From a virus (Duplodnaviria > Caudoviricetes), in IMG/VR virus record IMGVR_UViG_3300033076_001480, positions 1-31,303 of that record: a stretch of DNA of 31,303 nt, one strand, 5' to 3'. The position numbers and the translations under genes are program-made. This document shows positions 16,506 through 25,134 of the stretch, in pieces (positions within the stretch are counted from its first letter, which is position 1; each line of letters starts with the position of its first letter). The notes beneath the pieces are model-generated. The model was not told where the DNA came from. It worked only from the letters and a program-made list of their open reading frames with translations, and did no database searches.

Positions 16506-16970
16506 GTGACGAACATGGAAGCGATCGTGCTGCTTCTGCTGATTTTCGGTGAAGCCGTTCCCGGACCCGTGGAACCATTGCCGTTTCCACGGGAACCGGA
16601 GTGCGCGTTTTGCCGGGATTGCGTCTGCGGGTGTCGCGGCGGTGCAATCTGCACCTGCGAGCGACGGGACGAGCCGAATGCCTGCCGCTCTTCTTCCGTG
16701 TTCGTCGGGTCGGTTTACGCGCAACCGACCATGGCCCGTCCGGCGGCGTCGGTCCTTCCCGCTGCTGCCGTCGTCGGTACGGGCCACCGCTTCGCTTCTC
16801 CGGGGAGTTATTCCCCTTATGTCGGGAGTCCGACTCCCTATGTATGGAGTCCCCGGCCTTATGTACGGAGTCCGGTGCCGACAACTCCGTACATACCGGC
16901 GCAGACCTACAGGCAACCGGCCATGCTGTCGTCGCCGGTCCGGTATTCGGGGTCGCAGGCCAATTGCTGA
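16506..16970 (+). CDS. Small exported Cys-rich and Pro/Tyr/Ser-repeat protein
   Basis: Hydrophobic N-terminus, CAFCRDCVCGCRGGAICTC, three PYVxSPx repeats. Confidence 0.5.
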   Translation: MTNMEAIVLLLLIFGEAVPGPVEPLPFPREPECAFCRDCVCGCRGGAICTCERRDEPNACRSSSVFVGSVYAQPTMARPAASVLPAAAVVGTGHRFASPGSYSPYVGSPTPYVWSPRPYVRSPVPTTPYIPAQTYRQPAMLSSPVRYSGSQANC

Positions 16971-16998
16971 AGGTGAGCGGCTGCGGGCGGTCGCTCGC

Positions 16999-17024
16999 AA
17001 CTTCGGCTCATTTGGTACAAAGTC
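16999..17024. repeat. 26-bp site, copy 12
   Basis: AACTTCGGCTCATTTGGTACAAAGTC. Confidence 0.95.
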
Positions 17025-17033
17025 GGGGATCTT

Positions 17034-17426
17034 ATGGCGAAAGACAGGGCGGTCGAGACGGCCGAGAAGAAAGTGAAGGCGATCATGCGGTCGGAGCTTT
17101 CCAAGCTCCCGCAGGTCGCCGAGGTGCTGTCCTACTTCCTGCATTATGCCGGCGGCCCCTCCGAATTGGCCCGCCTGCTCTGGGAGGAATTCAAGTCGGC
17201 CAAGCCGGGATCGAGCATCAAGCAAAGGACGCTCGACATGATCGTCAAGATGCTCACCTTCGTCAACGCGACGGAGGGAACCAAGCGTGACACCGAGCAT
17301 ATGGAAGACGACGAGATCGAACGCGAGATGCTGGAGATCGTTCGCAGCGTACCCGAGGCGGTACTGGATTCGGATGCGGAGGGCGGCGATGCCGAGGAAG
17401 AAGAAGACTCCGGGGATCACTCCTGA
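17034..17426 (+). CDS. Putative terminase small subunit
   Basis: 130 aa, helical, directly upstream of and overlapping terL; call is positional. Confidence 0.45.
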   Translation: MAKDRAVETAEKKVKAIMRSELSKLPQVAEVLSYFLHYAGGPSELARLLWEEFKSAKPGSSIKQRTLDMIVKMLTFVNATEGTKRDTEHMEDDEIEREMLEIVRSVPEAVLDSDAEGGDAEEEEDSGDHS

Positions 17427-19173
17427 AGCGGTCGTGGCGCCGGCCGCCGAGCCGCCGCACGGCCAGCCGAAACTGCCGACCGGCAACCCTACCGAGGATC
17501 TGCTCTCGCTACTCCAAGAACCATCAGGCGTCGAACTGCTCGACGAGGCGATGCGGTTCGGCCGCGACTGGCTTGATGCCGTCACGGCTATTCGCGCTCG
17601 TGAACTGTCGGCCGAGCGAGCCAAGAGAAGGCGGGCGGCGTTGCGTGTCTACGAGCCGCTGGAGACGCAGAAGGAGTTTCACGCCTCGCGGGCGCCGACG
17701 GCGCTGATCCGCGGCTCCAACCGATCGGGCAAGACGCTGGCGGCAGCGGTCGAGGTCGCTCGGGCGGTAACCGGTCAGGATCCGCACAAGAAGTATCCCG
17801 AAAGGGACGGCATCTGCTTTGCTGTCGGCAAGGATCTCAAGCATATCGGTCAGGTCATGTGGCGGAAGTTGGCCCGCCCCGGTGCGATTCGCGTTATCAA
17901 GGACGGCTCGGGAGCGTGGAGAGCCTGGCGTCCCTGGATCCCGGAGGATCTGGCGAGGAAGGCGGAAACCCGGCCCTCGCCGCCGCTGATTCCGGCGCGG
18001 ATGATCAAGGAGGTGGCCTGGGAGAACAAGAAGGAGCAGATCCCGGTCCTGGTGCGACTGACCAACGGCTGGGAGATTCACTTCTTCTCGAGTCTCGGCA
18101 AGCCGCCGCAGGGGTCGGCCATCGATCTGTGGTGGTTCGACGAGGAAATCGTCGATCCGGAATGGTTCCCGGAACTTTCCGGTCGCGTGCTGGACCGGCG
18201 CGGAAGAGGGATCTGGTCGGCTACTCCGCAGGCGGGCACCGATCAGTTGTTCGAGTTGCACGAGAAGGCCGAGAAGGAACGGCTGCACAAGCCGAAGGAA
18301 GAGCGGCTGGTCGAGGAGTTCGTTGCGCTGCTCTCGGACAACCCGCACATCGGGGAGAAAGAGAAGCAGATCTTCGAGGAGATGCTCGACGACGAGGGCA
18401 AGCGGGTCCGCATCGGCGGCGACTTTGCACTGTTGGGGTACAAGATCTACCCGCAGTTCAACATGTCGATTCACGGCATCCGGGATACGATGCCCGATCG
18501 CAACTGGTGCTACTACGCCTACGTCGATCCCGGCCATTCGGTCTGCGCCGTTCTCTTTGTGGCTATTCCGCCGCCGGATCTGCCGAGCATGAACCTGCTC
18601 TACGACGAGCTTTACATTCCCGAGTGCAACGCCTGGAAGTTCGCCGATGCCATGAAGCACAAGACCGAGGGCATCTGCTTTCAGGAGTTCGTCATGGATC
18701 GCCACATGGCCATCCATACGGAGTTGGGCATCGGCAAGACGGTCATGCAGCAGTACAGCGAGGAGCTTGCCAAGCGGGGTGTCAAAAGCGTGGCGACCGT
18801 CTCTTCGTTCCGGCTGGCCTCCGACAACATCGAAGCCGGCATCATGGCGGTTCAGGGGCTGTTGCGGATCCGCGACGACGGCACGCCGAAACTGCGGGTG
18901 GCTTACGACCGACTGCCCAACTTCGAGTACGAGATCCGGCGTTATCACCGCAAGCGGGTCGGTGGCGTCATTACCGACAAGCCCGATGCCAAGCGAAGCA
19001 ACCACCTGATGGACAACCTGCGGTACATGGCGATGCACGATCCGCGCTGGATCCAGCCTCCCCACAACCGCAAATCGCTGACGGGTGCCCGGCTCTATGT
19101 AAAGCAGAAACAGGATCGGAAGCGAAAGCGAAACGGTGAATCGGGCGGGGTCAATTTCGGACCGGGAAATTGA
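17389..19173 (+). CDS. terL: Terminase large subunit
   Basis: Walker A GSNRSGKT, Walker B WWFDEE, coupling motif SATP, nuclease YVDPG and HLMDNLRY. Confidence 0.92.
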   Translation: MPRKKKTPGITPEAVVAPAAEPPHGQPKLPTGNPTEDLLSLLQEPSGVELLDEAMRFGRDWLDAVTAIRARELSAERAKRRRAALRVYEPLETQKEFHASRAPTALIRGSNRSGKTLAAAVEVARAVTGQDPHKKYPERDGICFAVGKDLKHIGQVMWRKLARPGAIRVIKDGSGAWRAWRPWIPEDLARKAETRPSPPLIPARMIKEVAWENKKEQIPVLVRLTNGWEIHFFSSLGKPPQGSAIDLWWFDEEIVDPEWFPELSGRVLDRRGRGIWSATPQAGTDQLFELHEKAEKERLHKPKEERLVEEFVALLSDNPHIGEKEKQIFEEMLDDEGKRVRIGGDFALLGYKIYPQFNMSIHGIRDTMPDRNWCYYAYVDPGHSVCAVLFVAIPPPDLPSMNLLYDELYIPECNAWKFADAMKHKTEGICFQEFVMDRHMAIHTELGIGKTVMQQYSEELAKRGVKSVATVSSFRLASDNIEAGIMAVQGLLRIRDDGTPKLRVAYDRLPNFEYEIRRYHRKRVGGVITDKPDAKRSNHLMDNLRYMAMHDPRWIQPPHNRKSLTGARLYVKQKQDRKRKRNGESGGVNFGPGN

Positions 19174-19197
19174 CTTCGGCTCAAATGAACCGAAGTT
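19172..19197. repeat. 26-bp site, copy 13
   Basis: GACTTCGGCTCAAATGAACCGAAGTT; overlaps the terL TGA. Confidence 0.95.
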
Positions 19198-19210
19198 GAG
19201 CGGGGAAACA

Positions 19211-19654
19211 ATGCAGATCGACAACGAAACCCTGGCCATTACCCTCTACCGGGCGGTTCGCAATGCGGTTCACGCCTTTACCGGAACGCTCGACAAGGAT
19301 TGGGACGAGGCCCAGGACAGCCACAAGACGATGTTCCTGATCGTAGCTCTTCGGGGGCCGGACGTTATCGAGTATTCCGAGGGCCAACCGATCGCCGGCA
19401 TCGCAGCGAGGCTTTACGCCCTCGCTCATTGTGAGCCGACCACGTCGCTGGAATACTGGCAAAATTCCACCGACCGGATCACCTGTTTGGTTTGGGAAGT
19501 GGTGGCGCGGTATCTGGCGATGATCGTGGACAGCGACGAGTTGAACGATCTGGGGCAGGCCGAGCAGTTTTGGTTCGATTGGGCGAAAAGGAAGCGGGAA
19601 AGTTATGAGCAAGCCGAAAATCGGGCAGATCGTGTGGTGGTATCCGCAGGGTGA
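19211..19654 (+). CDS. Hypothetical protein
   Basis: ATG at 19211 after copy 13 and an RBS. Confidence 0.6.
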   Translation: MQIDNETLAITLYRAVRNAVHAFTGTLDKDWDEAQDSHKTMFLIVALRGPDVIEYSEGQPIAGIAARLYALAHCEPTTSLEYWQNSTDRITCLVWEVVARYLAMIVDSDELNDLGQAEQFWFDWAKRKRESYEQAENRADRVVVSAG

Positions 19655-19916
19655 CACCAACCAGACACCGTTGGCCGCGGTGGTGACGCGGGTCGGTTTC
19701 GACAGCCTGAACCTCAACATCTTCGCGCCCAACAGCGTGAACATGCTGATCCGCGACGGGGTGAGGCACAAGAGCGATCCGCGGAGTCGTTCCGATGACA
19801 TGCGGGAGAGCGGTTGCTGGGAGTATCCCGAGTGCGAACCGAAACCCGAAGAGCCGAAGATCAAGGAGTTCGAGGACGAACGCAAGATCGTTCGCTCGGA
19901 ACGGGTGGCCAAGTAA
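19605..19916 (+). CDS. Hypothetical phage protein
   Basis: KPKIGQIVWW..PLAAVVTRV..LNLNIF..GCWEYP; SH3-like small beta protein. Confidence 0.6.
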   Translation: MSKPKIGQIVWWYPQGDTNQTPLAAVVTRVGFDSLNLNIFAPNSVNMLIRDGVRHKSDPRSRSDDMRESGCWEYPECEPKPEEPKIKEFEDERKIVRSERVAK

Positions 19917-19940
19917 CTTCGGCTCATTTGATACGAAGTG
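19915..19940. repeat. 26-bp site, copy 14
   Basis: AACTTCGGCTCATTTGATACGAAGTG; fills the gap between a TAA and the portal RBS. Confidence 0.95.
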
Positions 19941-19950
19941 AGGATTATCG

Positions 19951-21885
19951 ATGAGCGATGCACTGCGGTCGATCACCGGCGCCTGGATGAAGAAGATCCG
20001 GCTGGCCATCGACTGGAAGGCCAAGGAGTTTCAGGACGACGCCGACGAGTGCATGCGCTTTTTCGACGGTCCTTATGATTGGCTGTACCAGGGCTGGCGA
20101 CAGGGCGGCTCGCGCGGCTTCGATTGGGGCGAAGGCGACGACAATCCGTTGCCTTCTCCCTCCTCGCGCATGACTGTCAACAAAGTGGCCGAACTGGTTC
20201 AACTCTTCGGACCGGCGCTCTACCACAGAAACCCGGTCCGCAAGGTGATCCCCCGCAAGATCGTCGAGCCGGTTCCCGAACTGTTCGGCGACGTGAATAC
20301 CGATCCGAACGCCGCCATGATGTTCCAGCAGGCGATGAGTACCGCCGGCCAGCAGATCATGGCGGATGCGCTGCGGGCCGATCTCCTCGAGAAATATCTG
20401 GGCTACACGCCGGCCGCTCTGGACTTGAAGGAAGAAGCCAGGTCGGCGATCGACGAGGCGTTGATCAAGGGGGCGGGTTGTCTGTGGACGGGCAAGTATT
20501 CACCGGAAGGAAGCCGGGGATCGTTCGCCGGCACCTTCTTCGATTCGGTGGACAATCTGGTTCTCGATCCCGACGCCAACAAGATGCGGGATGTCCGCTG
20601 GATCGCCCGCAAGCACACGCATCCGGCCTGGTACGTCGAACGACTCTTCGGTCTGGCGCCGGATACCTTCCGCGGCTTCGCCCATCAGGAGTCGTACACC
20701 CGGCAGTCGGAGACGGCCGATCGGGACGGCGATTGGAAACGACGTCAGGGGCAGACGGCCGATCTGGTGGTCTATTGGGAGATCTGGTCGCGGATGGGGC
20801 TGGGCGGTCGGCTTTCGGGAATCCCCAACGAGGATCGACAGAAGTTCGATACGCTCGGCGACTATGTTCGGCTGGTGATTACCGACACCATTCCATGGCC
20901 GCTCAATCTGCCGCCTCCCTTGTGCGATCTGCTCACCCAGCAGCAGGAGATGGTGCCGGCCGACGTGATGGGGCAGATCACCCAGCGGATGACCTGGGAT
21001 ACCCCGTATTGGGCCGATGACAGCTGGCCGGTTACGCTGATCAAGTTCCACAACCGGCCCGGCAAATTGTGGCCGATGAGCCATATGAAGCCGGGTATGG
21101 GGGAACTCAAGTTTCTCAACTGGGCGTGGAGCTTCCTGGCCAACAAGGTGAAGATCGCCACTCGGGACTTTCTGGCCATCGCCAAGAGTGCCGGTGAGGA
21201 ACTCAAGGAGCGAATCAAGCACGGCGCGGATTACACGATCATCGAGATCGAGGCGATCCACGGCAGCATCGACAAGGTAGTTCAGTTCCTCCAGTATCCC
21301 GGCTTCAACCCCGAGATCTGGAAGGTGATCGAAGGGGTAACCCTCAACTTCGAGCGCCGGGTCGGATTGACGGAGTTGATCTACGGCTTGTCGTCCCGCC
21401 AGATGCGGTCGGCTCAGGAAGCCAGCATCAAATCCGATGCGATCAGCGTTCGGCCCGACGAGATGGCCAACCGGGTCGAGGATGCCATGACGGAGGTGGC
21501 TCGCAAGGAGGCGTTCGCCGCCCGCTGGCATCTGCGGGGGCCGGATGTCGAACGGGTTCTGGGACCGCTGGGCGCTCAGGTCTGGGAGCAGGTGATGGTC
21601 ACCTCCGATCCCGGCGCCGTTTTGCATCAGTTGGAATACCGCATCGAGGCCAACTCCGCTCGGAAGCCGAACAAGGCGGCCGATCAGGAGAAGATGAAGG
21701 AAGCGATGCAGAATCTGTTCCAGCCGATCCTGCAGTATTCGATGTCCTCGGGCGATGTCAATCCGATCAACGCCCTGATGCGCGATTGGGCCAAGAGTAT
21801 CGACCTGGAAGCCGAGGCGTACCTGTTCCAGCCGCCGCCTCCGCCACCGATGCCGGCCGGTCCGCAACAAGCACCGCCTGCTTGA
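19951..21885 (+). CDS. Portal protein
   Basis: 644 aa downstream of terL; MTVNKV..L, DEALIKGAG, GLTELIYG..SAQEA motifs and Pro/Gln tail resemble P22/T7-like portals. Confidence 0.75.
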   Translation: MSDALRSITGAWMKKIRLAIDWKAKEFQDDADECMRFFDGPYDWLYQGWRQGGSRGFDWGEGDDNPLPSPSSRMTVNKVAELVQLFGPALYHRNPVRKVIPRKIVEPVPELFGDVNTDPNAAMMFQQAMSTAGQQIMADALRADLLEKYLGYTPAALDLKEEARSAIDEALIKGAGCLWTGKYSPEGSRGSFAGTFFDSVDNLVLDPDANKMRDVRWIARKHTHPAWYVERLFGLAPDTFRGFAHQESYTRQSETADRDGDWKRRQGQTADLVVYWEIWSRMGLGGRLSGIPNEDRQKFDTLGDYVRLVITDTIPWPLNLPPPLCDLLTQQQEMVPADVMGQITQRMTWDTPYWADDSWPVTLIKFHNRPGKLWPMSHMKPGMGELKFLNWAWSFLANKVKIATRDFLAIAKSAGEELKERIKHGADYTIIEIEAIHGSIDKVVQFLQYPGFNPEIWKVIEGVTLNFERRVGLTELIYGLSSRQMRSAQEASIKSDAISVRPDEMANRVEDAMTEVARKEAFAARWHLRGPDVERVLGPLGAQVWEQVMVTSDPGAVLHQLEYRIEANSARKPNKAADQEKMKEAMQNLFQPILQYSMSSGDVNPINALMRDWAKSIDLEAEAYLFQPPPPPPMPAGPQQAPPA

Positions 21886-21910
21886 ACTTCGGCTCATTTG
21901 ATACGAAGTG
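21885..21910. repeat. 26-bp site, copy 15
   Basis: AACTTCGGCTCATTTGATACGAAGTG; overlaps the portal TGA. Confidence 0.95.
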
Positions 21911-21919
21911 GGGTGAGTT

Positions 21920-22780
21920 ATGGGCTACCTGATGGATGCGCTGCACGGTGTCGGCTCCGCTTTGGCGGCACCGGGCGACTACACACGGGGTCTTCTGGCC
22001 GGCACTCCGGGGGAACGGGTCGATCCGCGCGGCCTGCTCTCCTCCTGGGGTTTGGCCGATCCCGACGAGGGCGGATTCCTGGCCGGCTTGCGGGATTTCG
22101 GGGTGGGCATGTTGACCGATCCATTGACGTATGCCGGTGGCTTGGCCGGCACGAAGGCGGCCGGCAATCTCTTCGCCAAGTTCGGCCCTCGTTACGGCGA
22201 CAACGCCTCCAAGATCGGTCGCTTGGCGTTGCCTGTCGGCGAGGATCTGCCCGGCGGCGTTCAGGCGTTCCACGAAGCGATGAACTCACCGGCCCGCAGC
22301 GCCATTCTGCACGAGATCCCCGAGGGGAGTCGCTTTTTGGGAGCCGGTGCCGAGAGTGTGAACTTCCGAACGCCGGCCAACGATGTGGTCAAGGTGCTGC
22401 AGCACAATCCCAGGGCGGCCACGGGTATTCCCGAGGTGGAAGGGGTGATCCAGCCGAGCCGGCGGGTGCTTCACGGCAACTACGAGGTGAACCGGGTGCC
22501 GCTGGCGCGCAACGTGGGCGACCCCGAACTGTATTCGGCAAACGCCGAACGGTTGCGGGAGACGCTCGGGAACCGGGGCATCGACGTGTTCGATCTGAAG
22601 CCGGAAGATCTGGGGTTGGTCGGTGGCAAGCCGACCATTCTGGACATGGGCAGCATCGATCCGGGGACAGCGCTACCCTGGAAGCCGATCACGGGTCAGC
22701 CGACGGCGCCGTGGCTCGCTTCGGGTGCCATGGCGGGGTCAAGCAGTCCTGCTCTGTTGCAGGCGTTGTTGGGGAGATAG
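21920..22780 (+). CDS. Protein with a Gly/Ala-rich N-terminus and a protein-kinase-like C-terminal domain
   Basis: FLGAGAESVNF..VVKV; GIDVFDLKPEDL; TILDMG. Confidence 0.6.
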   Translation: MGYLMDALHGVGSALAAPGDYTRGLLAGTPGERVDPRGLLSSWGLADPDEGGFLAGLRDFGVGMLTDPLTYAGGLAGTKAAGNLFAKFGPRYGDNASKIGRLALPVGEDLPGGVQAFHEAMNSPARSAILHEIPEGSRFLGAGAESVNFRTPANDVVKVLQHNPRAATGIPEVEGVIQPSRRVLHGNYEVNRVPLARNVGDPELYSANAERLRETLGNRGIDVFDLKPEDLGLVGGKPTILDMGSIDPGTALPWKPITGQPTAPWLASGAMAGSSSPALLQALLGR

Positions 22781-22788
22781 GAGCAACC

Positions 22789-23325
22789 ATGGAGTGGCCG
22801 GTAATCAGCAACCATCCCGAGATCCAGCAGGCTTACGAGGGGATGCGCCGAAAGGGCGAGTCGCACCGGATGGCCGAAATGCTGGCTCTCCAGTGCCCTC
22901 CGATGTCGGACACCGACCGGGAATTTCTGGAGGGCCACTGTAACGGCAACCAGTTCGAGAAGACCTTGGGACTCGGCAACTATTACGGGCGGGTGGCCAA
23001 GGAGCAAGGGTTCAGCACTACCGGAAAGGTATATCTTTCCGGCCTGGCACGCTACCCCGGTGACCCGGAAGCCTGGGTTTCCGGAAAGGGTGACGTGAAA
23101 CGTGTGATCGAGCAACGCGGCTGGTCATGCCGGGGAGCGGTCAACATCAAGGGCGAGGTGAAGCCGCCGAGCGGCGGGGGAATCGCCTCGAGCCTGGTCA
23201 CCGAGAAGGTGGCCGAGATGGTCGAGCAGCAACCGGAACTGGCGAGGCGGCCGGTCGAGGAGTTGCGGGAGCGGGTGGTCGATCGCTTCGCCCCGCCGGA
23301 AGCCAAGCGGGAGATCGAAGGGTAA
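22789..23325 (+). CDS. Hypothetical phage protein
   Basis: ATG at 22789 with AGGAG RBS. Confidence 0.65.
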   Translation: MEWPVISNHPEIQQAYEGMRRKGESHRMAEMLALQCPPMSDTDREFLEGHCNGNQFEKTLGLGNYYGRVAKEQGFSTTGKVYLSGLARYPGDPEAWVSGKGDVKRVIEQRGWSCRGAVNIKGEVKPPSGGGIASSLVTEKVAEMVEQQPELARRPVEELRERVVDRFAPPEAKREIEG

Positions 23326-23349
23326 CTTCGGCTCATTTGATACAAAGTC
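23324..23349. repeat. 26-bp site, copy 16
   Basis: AACTTCGGCTCATTTGATACAAAGTC; overlaps a TAA. Confidence 0.95.
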
Positions 23350-23358
23350 GGAGATGCG

Positions 23359-24375
23359 ATGGCCGGACCGAAGATCGCGGATCGGGTGAAGGATACGACG
23401 GTGACGACGGGCACGGGCACCTTGACGCTCGACGCCTCGCCGCCGACGGGCTACCGCGCCTTCGGATCGGTTCTTTCGAGCGGCGACACGGTGATTTATA
23501 CCATCGAGCATCAGACGCTCGGCGAATGGGAAGTGGGGATCGGCACCTACACCTCCTCGGGGACCACTCTGTCGAGGGATACGATCCTGTCTTCGAGTAA
23601 CTCCGGATCGGCGACCAACTTCTCTTCGGGCACCAAGAACGTCTTCATCGCGCCGGTAACCGATCTGATCGGCCGACTCTATTCGACCAGTGCCGCTTAC
23701 AGTTCGCTGGCCTCGTATCTGGCCGGGCGACTGCTTCTGCCGACCGACGGCTTGGCGATCCATCGCGACAGCGGATCGGCGCTCGAACATTGGGGGCCGA
23801 TCTGGAAACTGACGCCGCCCTCGAGCGGTTCGTTCAGTTGGGTCAACCAGGGTTCAGCCACGCTGACGGCGGACCACAAGGGGTTCATCCTTCTGGAGAC
23901 ACCTTCGAGCGGCGCCGACGATCTGCACATCCGGATCAAGTCGGCACCCTCGACTCCGTACACGATCACCACGGCGTGGCTTCCCAATCTGTATCCCGGC
24001 AACTATTCGATGTGCGGTCTGGTCTGGCGGGACTCGGCCAGCAGCAAGTTGCAGTCGCACATGATCGTCCGGAGCAATACCGCGGCATCGACACTGGGCA
24101 TTCAGGTATCGAGGTACAGCGGGCCGACGGGTTATCTGTCGAACGACGCCTTCGTGGATGCGGCGACTCTGTGCCTGGGGGGCGGACCGGTCTGGTTGCG
24201 GATCGCCGATGACGGGTCGAACCGGGCGGCGAGCATTTCGGCGGACGGGTACACCTGGCATACGGTCTGGTCGGGCACCCGGACCACGCACCTGACGCCG
24301 GATCAGGTGGGTTTCTTCGTCAACGGCAATACGGTGGCGGCGGCCGGCACCCTGCTCCATTGGCGGGAGACATGA
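23359..24375 (+). CDS. Tail fibre or receptor-binding-like virion protein
   Basis: N-terminal DRVKDTTVTTGTG..WEVGIGTY..TLSR module; lectin-like beta C-terminus. Confidence 0.6.
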   Translation: MAGPKIADRVKDTTVTTGTGTLTLDASPPTGYRAFGSVLSSGDTVIYTIEHQTLGEWEVGIGTYTSSGTTLSRDTILSSSNSGSATNFSSGTKNVFIAPVTDLIGRLYSTSAAYSSLASYLAGRLLLPTDGLAIHRDSGSALEHWGPIWKLTPPSSGSFSWVNQGSATLTADHKGFILLETPSSGADDLHIRIKSAPSTPYTITTAWLPNLYPGNYSMCGLVWRDSASSKLQSHMIVRSNTAASTLGIQVSRYSGPTGYLSNDAFVDAATLCLGGGPVWLRIADDGSNRAASISADGYTWHTVWSGTRTTHLTPDQVGFFVNGNTVAAAGTLLHWRET

Positions 24376-24376
24376 G

Positions 24377-24622
24377 ATGGGTGAGTCGCCGATGGGTGGT
24401 GTTCCGCTGGGAGCCTTGCGAGCGGCTTCCGGTGGCGAGACGGAGCGGTTGCAGAGAGGTCGCAGGGTGCGTCGGGAGCCGTTCCGACCGACACCCGACG
24501 GTCCGACGGTGAGACGGGACCGGGCGATACGGATGAGTGATTTCCCCGAAGCGAAGCGAATGTCGGCCAGGAGGCAATCGACGGCAGTCAGGCGGGAACC
24601 CGTTTTCGAGTACGAATGGTAG
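24377..24622 (+). CDS. Small hypothetical protein
   Basis: Fills the gap between two structural genes. Confidence 0.4.
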   Translation: MGESPMGGVPLGALRAASGGETERLQRGRRVRREPFRPTPDGPTVRRDRAIRMSDFPEAKRMSARRQSTAVRREPVFEYEW

Positions 24623-24634
24623 GAGGAGGCAGAG

Positions 24635-25087
24635 ATGTCGGGAGTACGTTTTCGGGCGCGCACCGCTCCGATCGCCACGGGGACCAGTGCCAAGACGATC
24701 ATGCAGATTATCGCCGCCAGCAACCACGGCGTGCATATCAACGAGTGGAGTGTTTCCTTCGCCGGAACCTCCAACACCGCTGCGCCGATCCGGGTCGATG
24801 TCATGCGGCAGACGACCGCCGGCACCATGGGCACTTCCAACAGCACCATCGTCAAGGATCCCGACGACAGTGATGAGACGCTGCAGACCACGGTGACCGA
24901 CAGCAGTTCGGGCGAGCCGACGGCGGGTGACATTCTGGATACCCAGTATGTCCATCCGCAGACCGGTTACACCTGGCAGGCACCCTTCGGCGGCGCCATC
25001 AAGATCGGCGGCGGCGATCGGTTGGGCATCCGGGTCACCGCGGGATCCGATGTCAACTGCGTGGTGTCGGTTCGCGGCGAAGAGTAA
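24635..25087 (+). CDS. Hypothetical virion protein
   Basis: AGGAGG RBS; beta-sandwich-like, 150 aa. Confidence 0.65.
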   Translation: MSGVRFRARTAPIATGTSAKTIMQIIAASNHGVHINEWSVSFAGTSNTAAPIRVDVMRQTTAGTMGTSNSTIVKDPDDSDETLQTTVTDSSSGEPTAGDILDTQYVHPQTGYTWQAPFGGAIKIGGGDRLGIRVTAGSDVNCVVSVRGEE

Positions 25088-25097
25088 CGAGTCGGGC

Positions 25098-25123
25098 AAC
25101 TTCGGCTCATTTGATACAAAGTC
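25098..25123. repeat. 26-bp site, copy 17
   Basis: AACTTCGGCTCATTTGATACAAAGTC. Confidence 0.95.
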
Positions 25124-25134
25124 GGGGGTGAGGT

